From IMG/VR virus record IMGVR_UViG_3300025941_000001, positions 29,825 through 93,824 of that record: 64,000 bases of DNA; one strand, written 5' to 3'. The notes below the pieces were generated by a model. The model did not search any database and had not been told where the DNA came from. It worked only from the letters and a program-made list of their open reading frames with translations. A program made the translations under genes and the position numbers. The DNA is from a virus. Of this stretch, positions 19,376-27,248 are shown one piece after another (position 1 is the stretch's first letter; each line of letters starts with the position of its first letter).

Positions 19376-20971
19376 TTAAGCGCCTGTGCGTCCGGACTTC
19401 ATAGTCCGAACCTCGAAGCGGAGCATGTATCGCGTTTCGTCGCCGTTATGATCTTCGCTCTCGTCGTCAACGTCGTCGATCTTCAACTCGTCACGCGGGA
19501 GGACAGGGACGCAACGAAGCCATTGAGGGCATTCGGTGGTGATGAACAGGCCGGGCGTTTCCCGGAAGCCGCCCGGGGGCCGCTTGGTCGCCTTGAGGGC
19601 TTTACGGATTTGCTCCCATCCCTGCTCACGCGAGCCCGCGCCCTTGTCGGCGCGTTCCCAGAAAATGCCGCGATGCTTGACGCCGTTGATCGTGACCGGC
19701 TTCTCGAAGTCGTTCGCGATGGTGACCTCGGAGCCGTTCGTGTTGTCGTCGAAGATTTGCGTGTCGGCCGGGCCGCGCGAGACGCGGGTCCACGATGCAT
19801 CGGCTGCGCGCAGGCCCCACTTGATCTCGCGCTCGATGATGCCCTTCGCGATGTCGGGGATGAGCATGCGCGAGCCTTCGTTCGCGACGCCGCGCCAGCC
19901 GTACCATTCCTTGAACCGAAACTTGTCGCCGCGCAGGGTCGAGCGCACGCGTCCATCGCGAAGCTTGAGATCGGTGCCGTCGCTGACAGCGTACCAGCCG
20001 ACCGAGAACGGCTTCGACGAACCGTGGTCGTATGCGCGATAGATTTTCCAGCCCGCCGGAATGTCGAACGGCTCCATGACGACCGTGTCGCGATATTCAT
20101 ACCAGATGTCGTCGAACATGCCGCCCGCGACGATGTCCCACGACCCATCGAGCCACGCTGCCTTTTCCGATGCGTTGCGCGCAGCGGCGGCGATACGGCC
20201 TTTGTACTCGGGGTCGGCGTGCAAGAGCAATTGGTTCTCGTCGAGATACCCGTGGATGGCGCGACGCGGCGGTTCCTTGTTGCCCTCGGCGTCAATATCT
20301 CCGACGATGAGCGGACCGACGCACGGACGCGTGCCGTTCGGCCCCATCTCGCCGTTGATCGGCAGCCGCCAGCGCGCCTTGACCCAGTTGTGGCCGACGC
20401 CGTATGGGTTCGTCGTCGCACGGATTTTGCGCGGCATGCCCTTGATGGTCGAACGCGAGCACGAGAACATGCTCTTGTAGCAATCCGGGTTCGGCCAGTT
20501 GGTCAACTCTTCCCAACCAATCCACGGATAAGCGTGGCCGTGGTAGTTGTCGTAGTCGCTGCGAACGTTGAAGTGCGCGAAGTAGAGACGCTCGCCCGTG
20601 GGCCACTCCCACATCGTCTTCACTTCGTTGTAAATCGCATCGGGCCAGATGCGCTTGATCCATTTCTTCGACTTCTCGATGATGTCGCGCAACTGCGGAT
20701 GGGTCTGACGGAAGAGGATGCCTTTCCATTCCGCGCCGTGGCCTTTACCGATCTCTTGACAGAAATCCATGATGAGCGCGTCGGTCTTGCCCGGGCCGCG
20801 CGTACCCTCGTAGAGAACCTCGACAGTCGGATCAGCGAGAAAGAACGTTTGCGAGCCGGGTTGGGGAGCCCAAGCGACTTGCTTCAACACGCCGTTAGCG
20901 TCCCGCACATACGGGACGTACTCGCCGTTGATCGACTTGAAAGTCTCGACTGATCCGGTAAGCTCAAACAT
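19376..20971 (-). CDS. terL: Terminase large subunit
   Basis: Walker A YEGTRGPGKT, Walker B WIGWEE, ATTNPYG, nuclease acids in YDHG and EDHNGDE. Confidence 0.95.
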   Translation of the reverse strand: MFELTGSVETFKSINGEYVPYVRDANGVLKQVAWAPQPGSQTFFLADPTVEVLYEGTRGPGKTDALIMDFCQEIGKGHGAEWKGILFRQTHPQLRDIIEKSKKWIKRIWPDAIYNEVKTMWEWPTGERLYFAHFNVRSDYDNYHGHAYPWIGWEELTNWPNPDCYKSMFSCSRSTIKGMPRKIRATTNPYGVGHNWVKARWRLPINGEMGPNGTRPCVGPLIVGDIDAEGNKEPPRRAIHGYLDENQLLLHADPEYKGRIAAAARNASEKAAWLDGSWDIVAGGMFDDIWYEYRDTVVMEPFDIPAGWKIYRAYDHGSSKPFSVGWYAVSDGTDLKLRDGRVRSTLRGDKFRFKEWYGWRGVANEGSRMLIPDIAKGIIEREIKWGLRAADASWTRVSRGPADTQIFDDNTNGSEVTIANDFEKPVTINGVKHRGIFWERADKGAGSREQGWEQIRKALKATKRPPGGFRETPGLFITTECPQWLRCVPVLPRDELKIDDVDDESEDHNGDETRYMLRFEVRTMKSGRTGA

Positions 20972-21788
20972 CGTCGTCGCCGCCCTCTTCGAATGTCACG
21001 GTCGGACGCCCGGTCTTGCGGTAGTTGCTCTCGATTTCGTTGAGGTCGGTAGCCGCAATCGTTCGCATCGGGACCACGAGCACGCCGCCGCGCACGTTGA
21101 CATCGACGCTGGCCTTGTTGCCATAGGTCTTCGACATGCGGGTCTTGAGGATGAACATCGCAAGGTCCGGGTCCATCTTGTAGACAGTCTCCGGAACGGG
21201 AGCGCCGAACTCGTCGGTGAGATAGTTATCCGGGACAAGCTCGGGCAAGCCGAGATCGCGCGCATCCGCGAGCTTCTTTGGGTCGTACTTGTATTGCACA
21301 CGTCCCTGATAGACGAGCGTCTCGTCGTAGCCGGTCGCGCGCTTGATCGTCGCAGCCTCGACCTTCTGGACGCCCGCCTCCATGGCGATGTCCCACGCTT
21401 CATGGAAGCGCACGGTGTTGTCGTCGGTGCCATTCTCGTCGTCGTCGCCCATGACGATGTCGAAGCCATCCCCCGGTGCGCCTTCGAATGATTTCTGGAG
21501 CCAATATTTCAACGTCGTGTAGTTGATGCCGAGCCGACGCGCGACATCAGCGCCGACCGGCATTTCGGTCGCGTAGCTCAGCGCACGGTTGAGGCGTTCG
21601 GGGGTGTTCTTGCGGGCTGCGCGATTGACAGGGTAAGATCGCGAGCGCTCTAGGACGGCTTTGCCTGATCGGTCGAGGGGCACTGCGCCGTCAAGTAGGT
21701 TCTCTTCGGGCTCGGCGACCGGGTCGGGGCCAAGCATCTCATCAAGCTCTTTGTCGCCGCTCATGCGGTGGTTCCTCTCAGTATTCAC
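20964..21788 (-). CDS. terS: Terminase small subunit
   Basis: Immediately upstream of TerL; HTH plus FHEAWDIA...VEAATIKRATGY...LAMFILK...YG. True start may be MSGDK. Confidence 0.75.
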   Translation of the reverse strand: MNTERNHRMSGDKELDEMLGPDPVAEPEENLLDGAVPLDRSGKAVLERSRSYPVNRAARKNTPERLNRALSYATEMPVGADVARRLGINYTTLKYWLQKSFEGAPGDGFDIVMGDDDENGTDDNTVRFHEAWDIAMEAGVQKVEAATIKRATGYDETLVYQGRVQYKYDPKKLADARDLGLPELVPDNYLTDEFGAPVPETVYKMDPDLAMFILKTRMSKTYGNKASVDVNVRGGVLVVPMRTIAATDLNEIESNYRKTGRPTVTFEEGGDDDV

Positions 21789-21880
21789 CGCACAAGCGAT
21801 GGAGCGCGCACATGCGCGCCTCGTCCTATACGGGTTCGCGCATAATCTCAGATTATGCGCGTTCGCGTATCATTCGGTCG

Positions 21881-22258
21881 TCAGATTGATCCGTCTTCGA
21901 GAATGGACGGATAGAGGCGGGCCGGAAGCGCGCCGTAGTTCATCGCGCAGCCTTTGACAAAGCGCACGACCAAAATCATCGGGCTGTCTTCTTTCATGCG
22001 ATAGAACATGAAGGTCGTATCGTCGGGCAACTTGAAGTCCGCGCCCATATAGTTCTTGGCGAAGTTCTTGGCCTCGTCGCCCTCGACTTTCTTGAGAGCG
22101 ATGCCCTGTTTGCCGACCTTGTCTTCGAGCGACTTGGTGACGCTCTCATACGAGAAGCATGTAGCCTCCGCCGGTTTCGCCGCCGACTTGGGCGGGGTCT
22201 TGGCGAAGGCTGGAGTGATGGCGAGCAGCGCAACGAGGGACAACGATGCGAGCTTCAT
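21881..22258 (-). CDS. Exported protein with signal peptide
   Basis: MKLASLSLVALLAITPAFA signal sequence; two Cys. Confidence 0.7.
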   Translation of the reverse strand: MKLASLSLVALLAITPAFAKTPPKSAAKPAEATCFSYESVTKSLEDKVGKQGIALKKVEGDEAKNFAKNYMGADFKLPDDTTFMFYRMKEDSPMILVVRFVKGCAMNYGALPARLYPSILEDGSI

Positions 22259-22261
22259 GGT

Positions 22262-22582
22262 TCACCTCTGATAGTTGCCGCCCATGGCGCGCTTGGTCGC
22301 GGCCCTGACGTTGTTCGTCGGGAAACTGATCTTGCTGTCGCGCGCCTTCATGCCGGGGTGCGTCGTGATCGGCGTCTGATCGACCTTGCGGGTCTGCCAG
22401 TCGCCAGCATCGGCACTCGGGTCCGCCGGGAGACCATAGTCGCGATCCATGCGCGTGCTCTGGCCGGGAAGGTCGCTCGACGGTCCCTGATAGCCGTTCT
22501 GGCCGTAGCCATTCTTGGCCTTCTGCTTGGAACCTATGAGGGCGTCGGAGCCCGCAGCTTGAGCGTCAATTGGGTCGGTCAT
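22262..22582 (-). CDS. Small disordered late protein
   Basis: 106 aa, Gly/Gln/Asp-rich, AAGGA RBS. Confidence 0.7.
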   Translation of the reverse strand: MTDPIDAQAAGSDALIGSKQKAKNGYGQNGYQGPSSDLPGQSTRMDRDYGLPADPSADAGDWQTRKVDQTPITTHPGMKARDSKISFPTNNVRAATKRAMGGNYQR

Positions 22583-22600
22583 TGGTCAAATCCTTCGGGG

Positions 22601-22945
22601 TTAGCGGCCGAGGTTCGACGCCTCGGTGAGCACAGCATGGCCGAGGTTGCCGTTGACCGACTGGCCGTTGGCGTCCTTCATGCCCCACTTCGCGGGCGCG
22701 TCCGGAAACTTCTTGAGCTTCGGCGACGGGCTCAGCGGGTTCGCCGGGTCCGCGTCGGGGCCGACGCCGGGATTGGCCGGGCTCACGCCCGCCATCTCAG
22801 CGGTGCGGTCGCGCATGCCATACGTGGTCGGGAATTTCGTCTGGGGCCGCTTTGCAGCGCCATCGCGCGCAATGTTGGTGTTGGTCAGGTCCTTCATGCC
22901 TTGCTTGGCAGGGGCCGCAGTGCCGCCGTTCGTCTGATACGCCAT
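22601..22945 (-). CDS. Small disordered late protein
   Basis: 114 aa with repeated GM[KR]D; GAGGA RBS; upstream promoter motif. Confidence 0.7.
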   Translation of the reverse strand: MAYQTNGGTAAPAKQGMKDLTNTNIARDGAAKRPQTKFPTTYGMRDRTAEMAGVSPANPGVGPDADPANPLSPSPKLKKFPDAPAKWGMKDANGQSVNGNLGHAVLTEASNLGR

Positions 22946-23024
22946 GATGAGGTCCTCGCGTGCGCAGATGTGATTTCGCCGCCAAGCTTACTAGGCTTGA
23001 CGGCGACAAACAACTAGCATGTTC

Positions 23025-23222
23025 TCAGCACGCGCTTATCGGGGATGTCGGCCCCATCGGGCCTGTCGTAGGCGGTCCGTTCGCTCCCGGAGCCGCTCCC
23101 GTGCCCGGGCTGCCCGGAAGGACCGGAGCAGGGTCGCGAAGGGGCGCACGCTGGCTTTTAGGATGGCCATTGGCCAGCGCTCGCGCCGCGTCGTCGTTGT
23201 CAACAGTGATCGGGTTTGCCAT
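23025..23222 (-). CDS. Small Pro-rich protein carrying the PKS-x-x-AP motif
   Basis: AARALANGHPKSQRAPLRD. Confidence 0.55.
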   Translation of the reverse strand: MANPITVDNDDAARALANGHPKSQRAPLRDPAPVLPGSPGTGAAPGANGPPTTGPMGPTSPISAC

Positions 23223-23225
23223 CGG

Positions 23226-23675
23226 TTACTCCCCCGTGCCGCCTGTCCGGATTTCTTTTCCATGCTTGACATCCCAGATGGCGATTTGGTTGTGCTTGCG
23301 GCCAGTGTTGACGGCCTCACGCTTGCTTCTGATGTTGTGGGATACGTCGAGATATGTTTTGCCGGTTTCCTTGTCGGTCCAGCCGCCGATGTGCGCTCGT
23401 GGATCACGCAACACGTCGGCGTGCGCGTTGGCATATTGCGAGATGATTTCGTGGCCCTGCGGACCGCTCAGCGCCTTCTCGGAAACGATTTGCGTGTGGC
23501 CGGGTATCGAAACCATAAAGCCGTTCGACGGCATGCGCCCGTTCGTCGGTCGAACCGAGAAGCCGCCGGGGTTGCCGGTGACAGTCTTGATCACGCTGGG
23601 ATGGAGCGGGAGCTTGCCGATTTTGGCGACGCCCGAGTTGTGGGCGTTGGAGCCGTGGCCGAGTGCGTCTTTCAT
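23226..23675 (-). CDS. MKDALGHGS-leader protein 8
   Basis: Leader plus a folded domain GGWTDKETGKTYLDVS...NQIAIWD. Confidence 0.85.
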   Translation of the reverse strand: MKDALGHGSNAHNSGVAKIGKLPLHPSVIKTVTGNPGGFSVRPTNGRMPSNGFMVSIPGHTQIVSEKALSGPQGHEIISQYANAHADVLRDPRAHIGGWTDKETGKTYLDVSHNIRSKREAVNTGRKHNQIAIWDVKHGKEIRTGGTGE

Positions 23676-23676
23676 G

Positions 23677-24009
23677 TCAGAGCCATTTCGATTTCTTGAT
23701 GGGATGTTCGTTGCCTTGGTAACGTTTGCGCGCCTCGCGCTCGTCGATCAGCGAGCGGAGGTGCGCGGTATTGGCGCGATACTCATCGAAGATCGGATGG
23801 CCGGTCATTTGCATGATCTCGTTGCCCTTGACCATGCCGTGACCCATGTCGATGAGCTTGCTGTTGATCTCGCTGCTCTTCGCCTGCGCCTTCTCATACG
23901 CCTTGAGCAGGGCAGCACGCGGCAACTCCGAAATAGGTTTCGGCTTGCGCGGCAACGTCTCGATGCCAGTGTTGTGCGCGTTGGAGCCGTGACCGAGCGC
24001 GTCCTTCAT
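23677..24009 (-). CDS. MKDALGHGS-leader protein 7
   Basis: MKDALGHGSNAH start. Confidence 0.85.
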   Translation of the reverse strand: MKDALGHGSNAHNTGIETLPRKPKPISELPRAALLKAYEKAQAKSSEINSKLIDMGHGMVKGNEIMQMTGHPIFDEYRANTAHLRSLIDEREARKRYQGNEHPIKKSKWL

Positions 24010-24296
24010 TTGAACCCCCGACGAGCGTCGCGATCTGTCTTCATCTCTTTCTTGAAATTCTTGACCATGAACCCATTGTGATCTCGGAGCGCGGAGACAG
24101 CCCGATCAAGATTGGCCTTCTCCATCCGGTATTCGGTTGAGGTTCTGATGTGCTCCGGCGGCAGCCCCAAGGGGCCTCTTGGGTACTTATCCATGGCACG
24201 AGCATGCTGCTCAACGGTCGCGGTCAGGCCCGCGTTGTGCGCGCGATGGAATGCATAGTCATGGGCATTGCTGCCGTGGCCGAGAGCGTCCTTCAT
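24006..24296 (-). CDS. MKDALGHGS-leader protein 6
   Basis: MKDALGHGSNAH start, ATGA overlap. Confidence 0.85.
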   Translation of the reverse strand: MKDALGHGSNAHDYAFHRAHNAGLTATVEQHARAMDKYPRGPLGLPPEHIRTSTEYRMEKANLDRAVSALRDHNGFMVKNFKKEMKTDRDARRGFK

Positions 24297-24529
24297 TTGA
24301 TCCTCACACGCGAGTTGGGATTGTCAACGCGATGAAACTGGGCGATCTTCTCGGCGACAGCGCGACGGCGCGAGCCGCCGACCTTCTGCCAGATGTTGCC
24401 CGAGGTCGTGACCTTCTGCCCGGCCGCCGTGACGCCGTGGAAAGCGATGTGCTTCTCGACCTTGAACTGATGGCGCGGCGACTTGAAAGCTCCGCGTCCG
24501 TTGCTGCCGTGTCCGAGTGGGTCTTTCAT
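24293..24529 (-). CDS. MKDPLGHGS-leader protein 5
   Basis: Variant leader, ATGA overlap. Confidence 0.8.
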   Translation of the reverse strand: MKDPLGHGSNGRGAFKSPRHQFKVEKHIAFHGVTAAGQKVTTSGNIWQKVGGSRRRAVAEKIAQFHRVDNPNSRVRIK

Positions 24530-24765
24530 GGCGTCCTCTTCATGCTGTTATAGCCCCGCTCCCACTCCGCCGCAAGTGCCCCGTCATTTGGGGTTAACAA
24601 TTCGTTGTGCGGGTTCTCCGCCGGACGCCCGAGCCGCCGGGCCTCGCGTCCCTTGTAGAAGGCGATCTCCAGCGGGGACATGGACGGCGTCGGCGTGAAC
24701 TTCGAATGCGGCACCAAAATGGAAACGCCGACCGAGTGGGTCGGCTTTGGAAATCGTTGGGCCAT
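24526..24765 (-). CDS. Hypothetical protein without leader, inside the array
   Basis: 79 aa coupled on both sides. Confidence 0.6.
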   Translation of the reverse strand: MAQRFPKPTHSVGVSILVPHSKFTPTPSMSPLEIAFYKGREARRLGRPAENPHNELLTPNDGALAAEWERGYNSMKRTP

Positions 24766-25253
24766 TAGCGCCCCTTGAGCAGCCGGTGGATTGCACTTGC
24801 TTCCTTACCGCCGATACGCCGCCCGCTGCGGTTCGACGAAGCAATGGCCTTGTTGACCGCGTCGGGGCTGTAACCATGACGACCGAGCGTGCTGTCCGGA
24901 GACGGGTTGCTCGGCCGCATGGTCGGGCCTGTGCCCTTCGACGCACCGTAATCGTGCATGCTGTCGTGGATTGGGGCCGGTGCCGACTTCGGTCCGCTCG
25001 CGAGCGAGGCCTTTGCGTCCTGATCGGCGTAGCGCTGCAACTGGAACTGGGCGGTCGCGTGAGCGTCGGCGATGTCGTCCGTGTGACTGTCGGCCTTCGA
25101 TTGATAGACGCCGTTGTGGAAAAATTTAACGACCTTCTCGCCCCACTCCGGGTTGTTGTAGACCTTCGCCGAGTGCGGTCCGTTGACATGCGTCTTGATC
25201 AGACGCATTCCCCTCGTGCCCGTGTCGCTGCCGTGGCCCTTTGCGTCCTTCAT
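24765..25253 (-). CDS. MKDAKGHGS-leader protein 4
   Basis: Variant leader; contains SGPKSAPAPIHDSM. Confidence 0.85.
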   Translation of the reverse strand: MKDAKGHGSDTGTRGMRLIKTHVNGPHSAKVYNNPEWGEKVVKFFHNGVYQSKADSHTDDIADAHATAQFQLQRYADQDAKASLASGPKSAPAPIHDSMHDYGASKGTGPTMRPSNPSPDSTLGRHGYSPDAVNKAIASSNRSGRRIGGKEASAIHRLLKGR

Positions 25254-25322
25254 GATCAGTCCTCGTTGTTGAGATCGCCCGCAGACAACGAGCCATGGTA
25301 GCGTGTAGCCGCTGCGCTCTTG

Positions 25323-25796
25323 TCACTTGTTGTGATACCGGATATCGAACCCGTGTTGGTATGAGGTGGACACGCTCCGAGCTTTTGGATGCTTCGCGAA
25401 AGCCTCGGCTGCCGCCGCTTCGCGAGTGGCGTGCGGGCCGTACTCGCCGAGCTTGGAGCCGTTCTTCGACGAGACCCGAGCATATAGCGGGCGAACGCCG
25501 CTCGCTACCATGCTGTCGTGCGTCGGAGCCGGGTCCGATTTCGGGGTGCCGCTGTGAAGCTGATCCGCTGGCGCGTCCGACTTGCCGCCGCGCGCCCGAT
25601 ACGCGAGCACGGTCGAGGCGTCGTTGACTTGGTCCGCGTACTTGTTGATGCCGCGCTGATCGCCCATCTCTTGCGCGTTGCGACCGGCCTCGTGAGCATC
25701 CCGTTGGATGTAACGAAGCTCATCGTTCGTCTTCGCGTGATAGGCGTGACCCGGAATTGGTCGCGCGTTGGAGCCGTGTCCCAGTGCGTCCTTCAT
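25323..25796 (-). CDS. MKDALGHGS-leader protein 3
   Basis: Leader; contains SGTPKSDPAPTHDSM. Confidence 0.85.
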   Translation of the reverse strand: MKDALGHGSNARPIPGHAYHAKTNDELRYIQRDAHEAGRNAQEMGDQRGINKYADQVNDASTVLAYRARGGKSDAPADQLHSGTPKSDPAPTHDSMVASGVRPLYARVSSKNGSKLGEYGPHATREAAAAEAFAKHPKARSVSTSYQHGFDIRYHNK

Positions 25797-26203
25797 GACT
25801 TGAACTTTCCAAGACCGCCTGCGAAGTGTCCGCCATTGAACCGAGGCGCGGGCGACTTCTTGGTGCTCATGGTCATCCCGGTGTTGGATGACGCTGCACG
25901 ATACTTGCCCAGTTGCTTCGAGGTGTTGATTTTGGTGATCTCGCGCGTGGACTTGTTCTTGTAGCTCGTGTTCGGCTGCGATGCCTTCACGAACAGGTCG
26001 CGTCGAAATCCCGGATTGGTCGTTGCAAGGTGATTGGCCATGGCCTCGACGCGAGCGTCGTGCCCGGCCGGATCATTGACAGCCTTGGAGCGGAGGTCGG
26101 CGGCGATCTGCTCGAAGTGACGCCGACCGAGCTTGGCCGGGAGCGCCTTGATCATCGCCGAATGAACTCCGGCGTCGGAGCCGTGGCCGAGTGCGTCTTT
26201 CAT
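25793..26203 (-). CDS. MKDALGHGS-leader protein 2
   Basis: Leader; basic protein. Confidence 0.85.
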   Translation of the reverse strand: MKDALGHGSDAGVHSAMIKALPAKLGRRHFEQIAADLRSKAVNDPAGHDARVEAMANHLATTNPGFRRDLFVKASQPNTSYKNKSTREITKINTSKQLGKYRAASSNTGMTMSTKKSPAPRFNGGHFAGGLGKFKS

Positions 26204-26206
26204 GGT

Positions 26207-26482
26207 TCACATTCCTTTGCGGCCGACTTCGCCATTGCGAATGCGCGTGACGAGGTTGCGATTGTACTCGCGTTCTGGAGATCGATCATTCCACGTCTGG
26301 AGCGGGGCCTTGATCATCGTTTTGCCCATCGCGCTCATGAGCGCTGCGCTTGCCGAGGCGTTCGACGACTGCGGGATGCCGCCGCCCTTGAGCGAGGTCA
26401 CGTGCGTCAATCGCGCCCTGAGCGCATCGAGCATTGCGCCGTCGCCGGAGCCGTTGCTCCCGTGGCCGAGTGCATCCTTCAT
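26207..26482 (-). CDS. MKDALGHGS-leader protein 1
   Basis: Leader; GGAG RBS. Confidence 0.85.
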   Translation of the reverse strand: MKDALGHGSNGSGDGAMLDALRARLTHVTSLKGGGIPQSSNASASAALMSAMGKTMIKAPLQTWNDRSPEREYNRNLVTRIRNGEVGRKGM

Positions 26483-26494
26483 CGGAGGGCTCCG

Positions 26495-26734
26495 TCAGAC
26501 GTTGTGGTAGGTGCTGTCGTGCTTGCCGAGAACGGCGTCGGCCTTGTGCCTGATCTTCGCGGCCTGCTCGGGGGACAGCTTGCCTTTCGCGACCATCTGG
26601 GTCGCACGGGCCTTGGCGTTCGCGGCATGCGATGGGTCGTTGACCGGGTACTTCCCGGGCTGGCCCTTCTTGCCGGGCAGCGCGAATTTTCCCTTGGGCA
26701 GCGCGTTGCGTTTCTTGGCTGTGAGTTTGGCCAT
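26495..26734 (-). CDS. Small basic protein resembling DUF6582
   Basis: Start at ATG 26734 with GGAGG RBS: MAKLTAKKRNALPKGKFALPG...KYPVNDPSHAANAKARA. Confidence 0.75.
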   Translation of the reverse strand: MAKLTAKKRNALPKGKFALPGKKGQPGKYPVNDPSHAANAKARATQMVAKGKLSPEQAAKIRHKADAVLGKHDSTYHNV

Positions 26735-26766
26735 GGCGGCCTCCGGATGTCTCGATCTGGGGCGAG

Positions 26767-26802
26767 AGATTATCCCAGACGAGACCCCGGGGCAACTAGC
26801 AA
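26767..26802 (-). promoter_or_regulatory. Putative late promoter GCTAG-TTGCCC-N17-TAATCT driving the leader array
   Basis: Same architecture is seen near 7851, 11703, 15119 and 23011. Confidence 0.6.
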
Positions 26803-27120
26803 TTACATCAGGTCCGCGAACTCGTCGGTCGCCGGGTTGGCGTCGGCTGTCTCTTGCGGGATGGAGCCGGTGCTCCGAGCCTCGGCCGCATCGGTGTCCC
26901 GCTTCGTCGGGGGCCGAGCTTTCACGCTGCCGGTCGTCATCGCGAGCATCAATGCCTTGACCGGGTCCACGTCTTCGGCGAACGAGACGCCGAACTTCGA
27001 GGACATCGCGTAGGAGCCGCGCCACTTCGTTCCGTTCTGCGATGGCGTCAGACTGATGTGGCTGATCTCGCCGCGCGCAGCGAGGTTGCGGATTGCATCT
27101 TCAAGCGTGAGGGTCGTCAT
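26803..27120 (-). CDS. Hypothetical protein
   Basis: MTTLTLEDAIRNL...DEFADLM; GGAG RBS. Confidence 0.65.
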   Translation of the reverse strand: MTTLTLEDAIRNLAARGEISHISLTPSQNGTKWRGSYAMSSKFGVSFAEDVDPVKALMLAMTTGSVKARPPTKRDTDAAEARSTGSIPQETADANPATDEFADLM

Positions 27121-27248
27121 CGGGCGCGTCTCCAGTGATGGGCCGGTAGGGCTTCGGCTCAGGGGTTGCAGGTTTGGGCTTGGCACGGAAGTCCTCCCAC
27201 GCCTTCCGACGTTCCTCTTGCGAGATGATCAGGAACGTCGGGATGCCG

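Noticed and set aside
17672-20953. Long plus-strand ORFs opposite portal and terminase (also 47341-48780 and 61193-62542)
   Set aside because: Antisense shadows of real genes in GC-rich DNA with no recognisable motifs.
23226-26482. Leader repeats as a CRISPR array or attC-like cassette sites
   Set aside because: The repeats are in-frame coding sequence with synonymous variation, spacing is irregular at hundreds of bp, they are not palindromic, and no cas or integrase gene is nearby.
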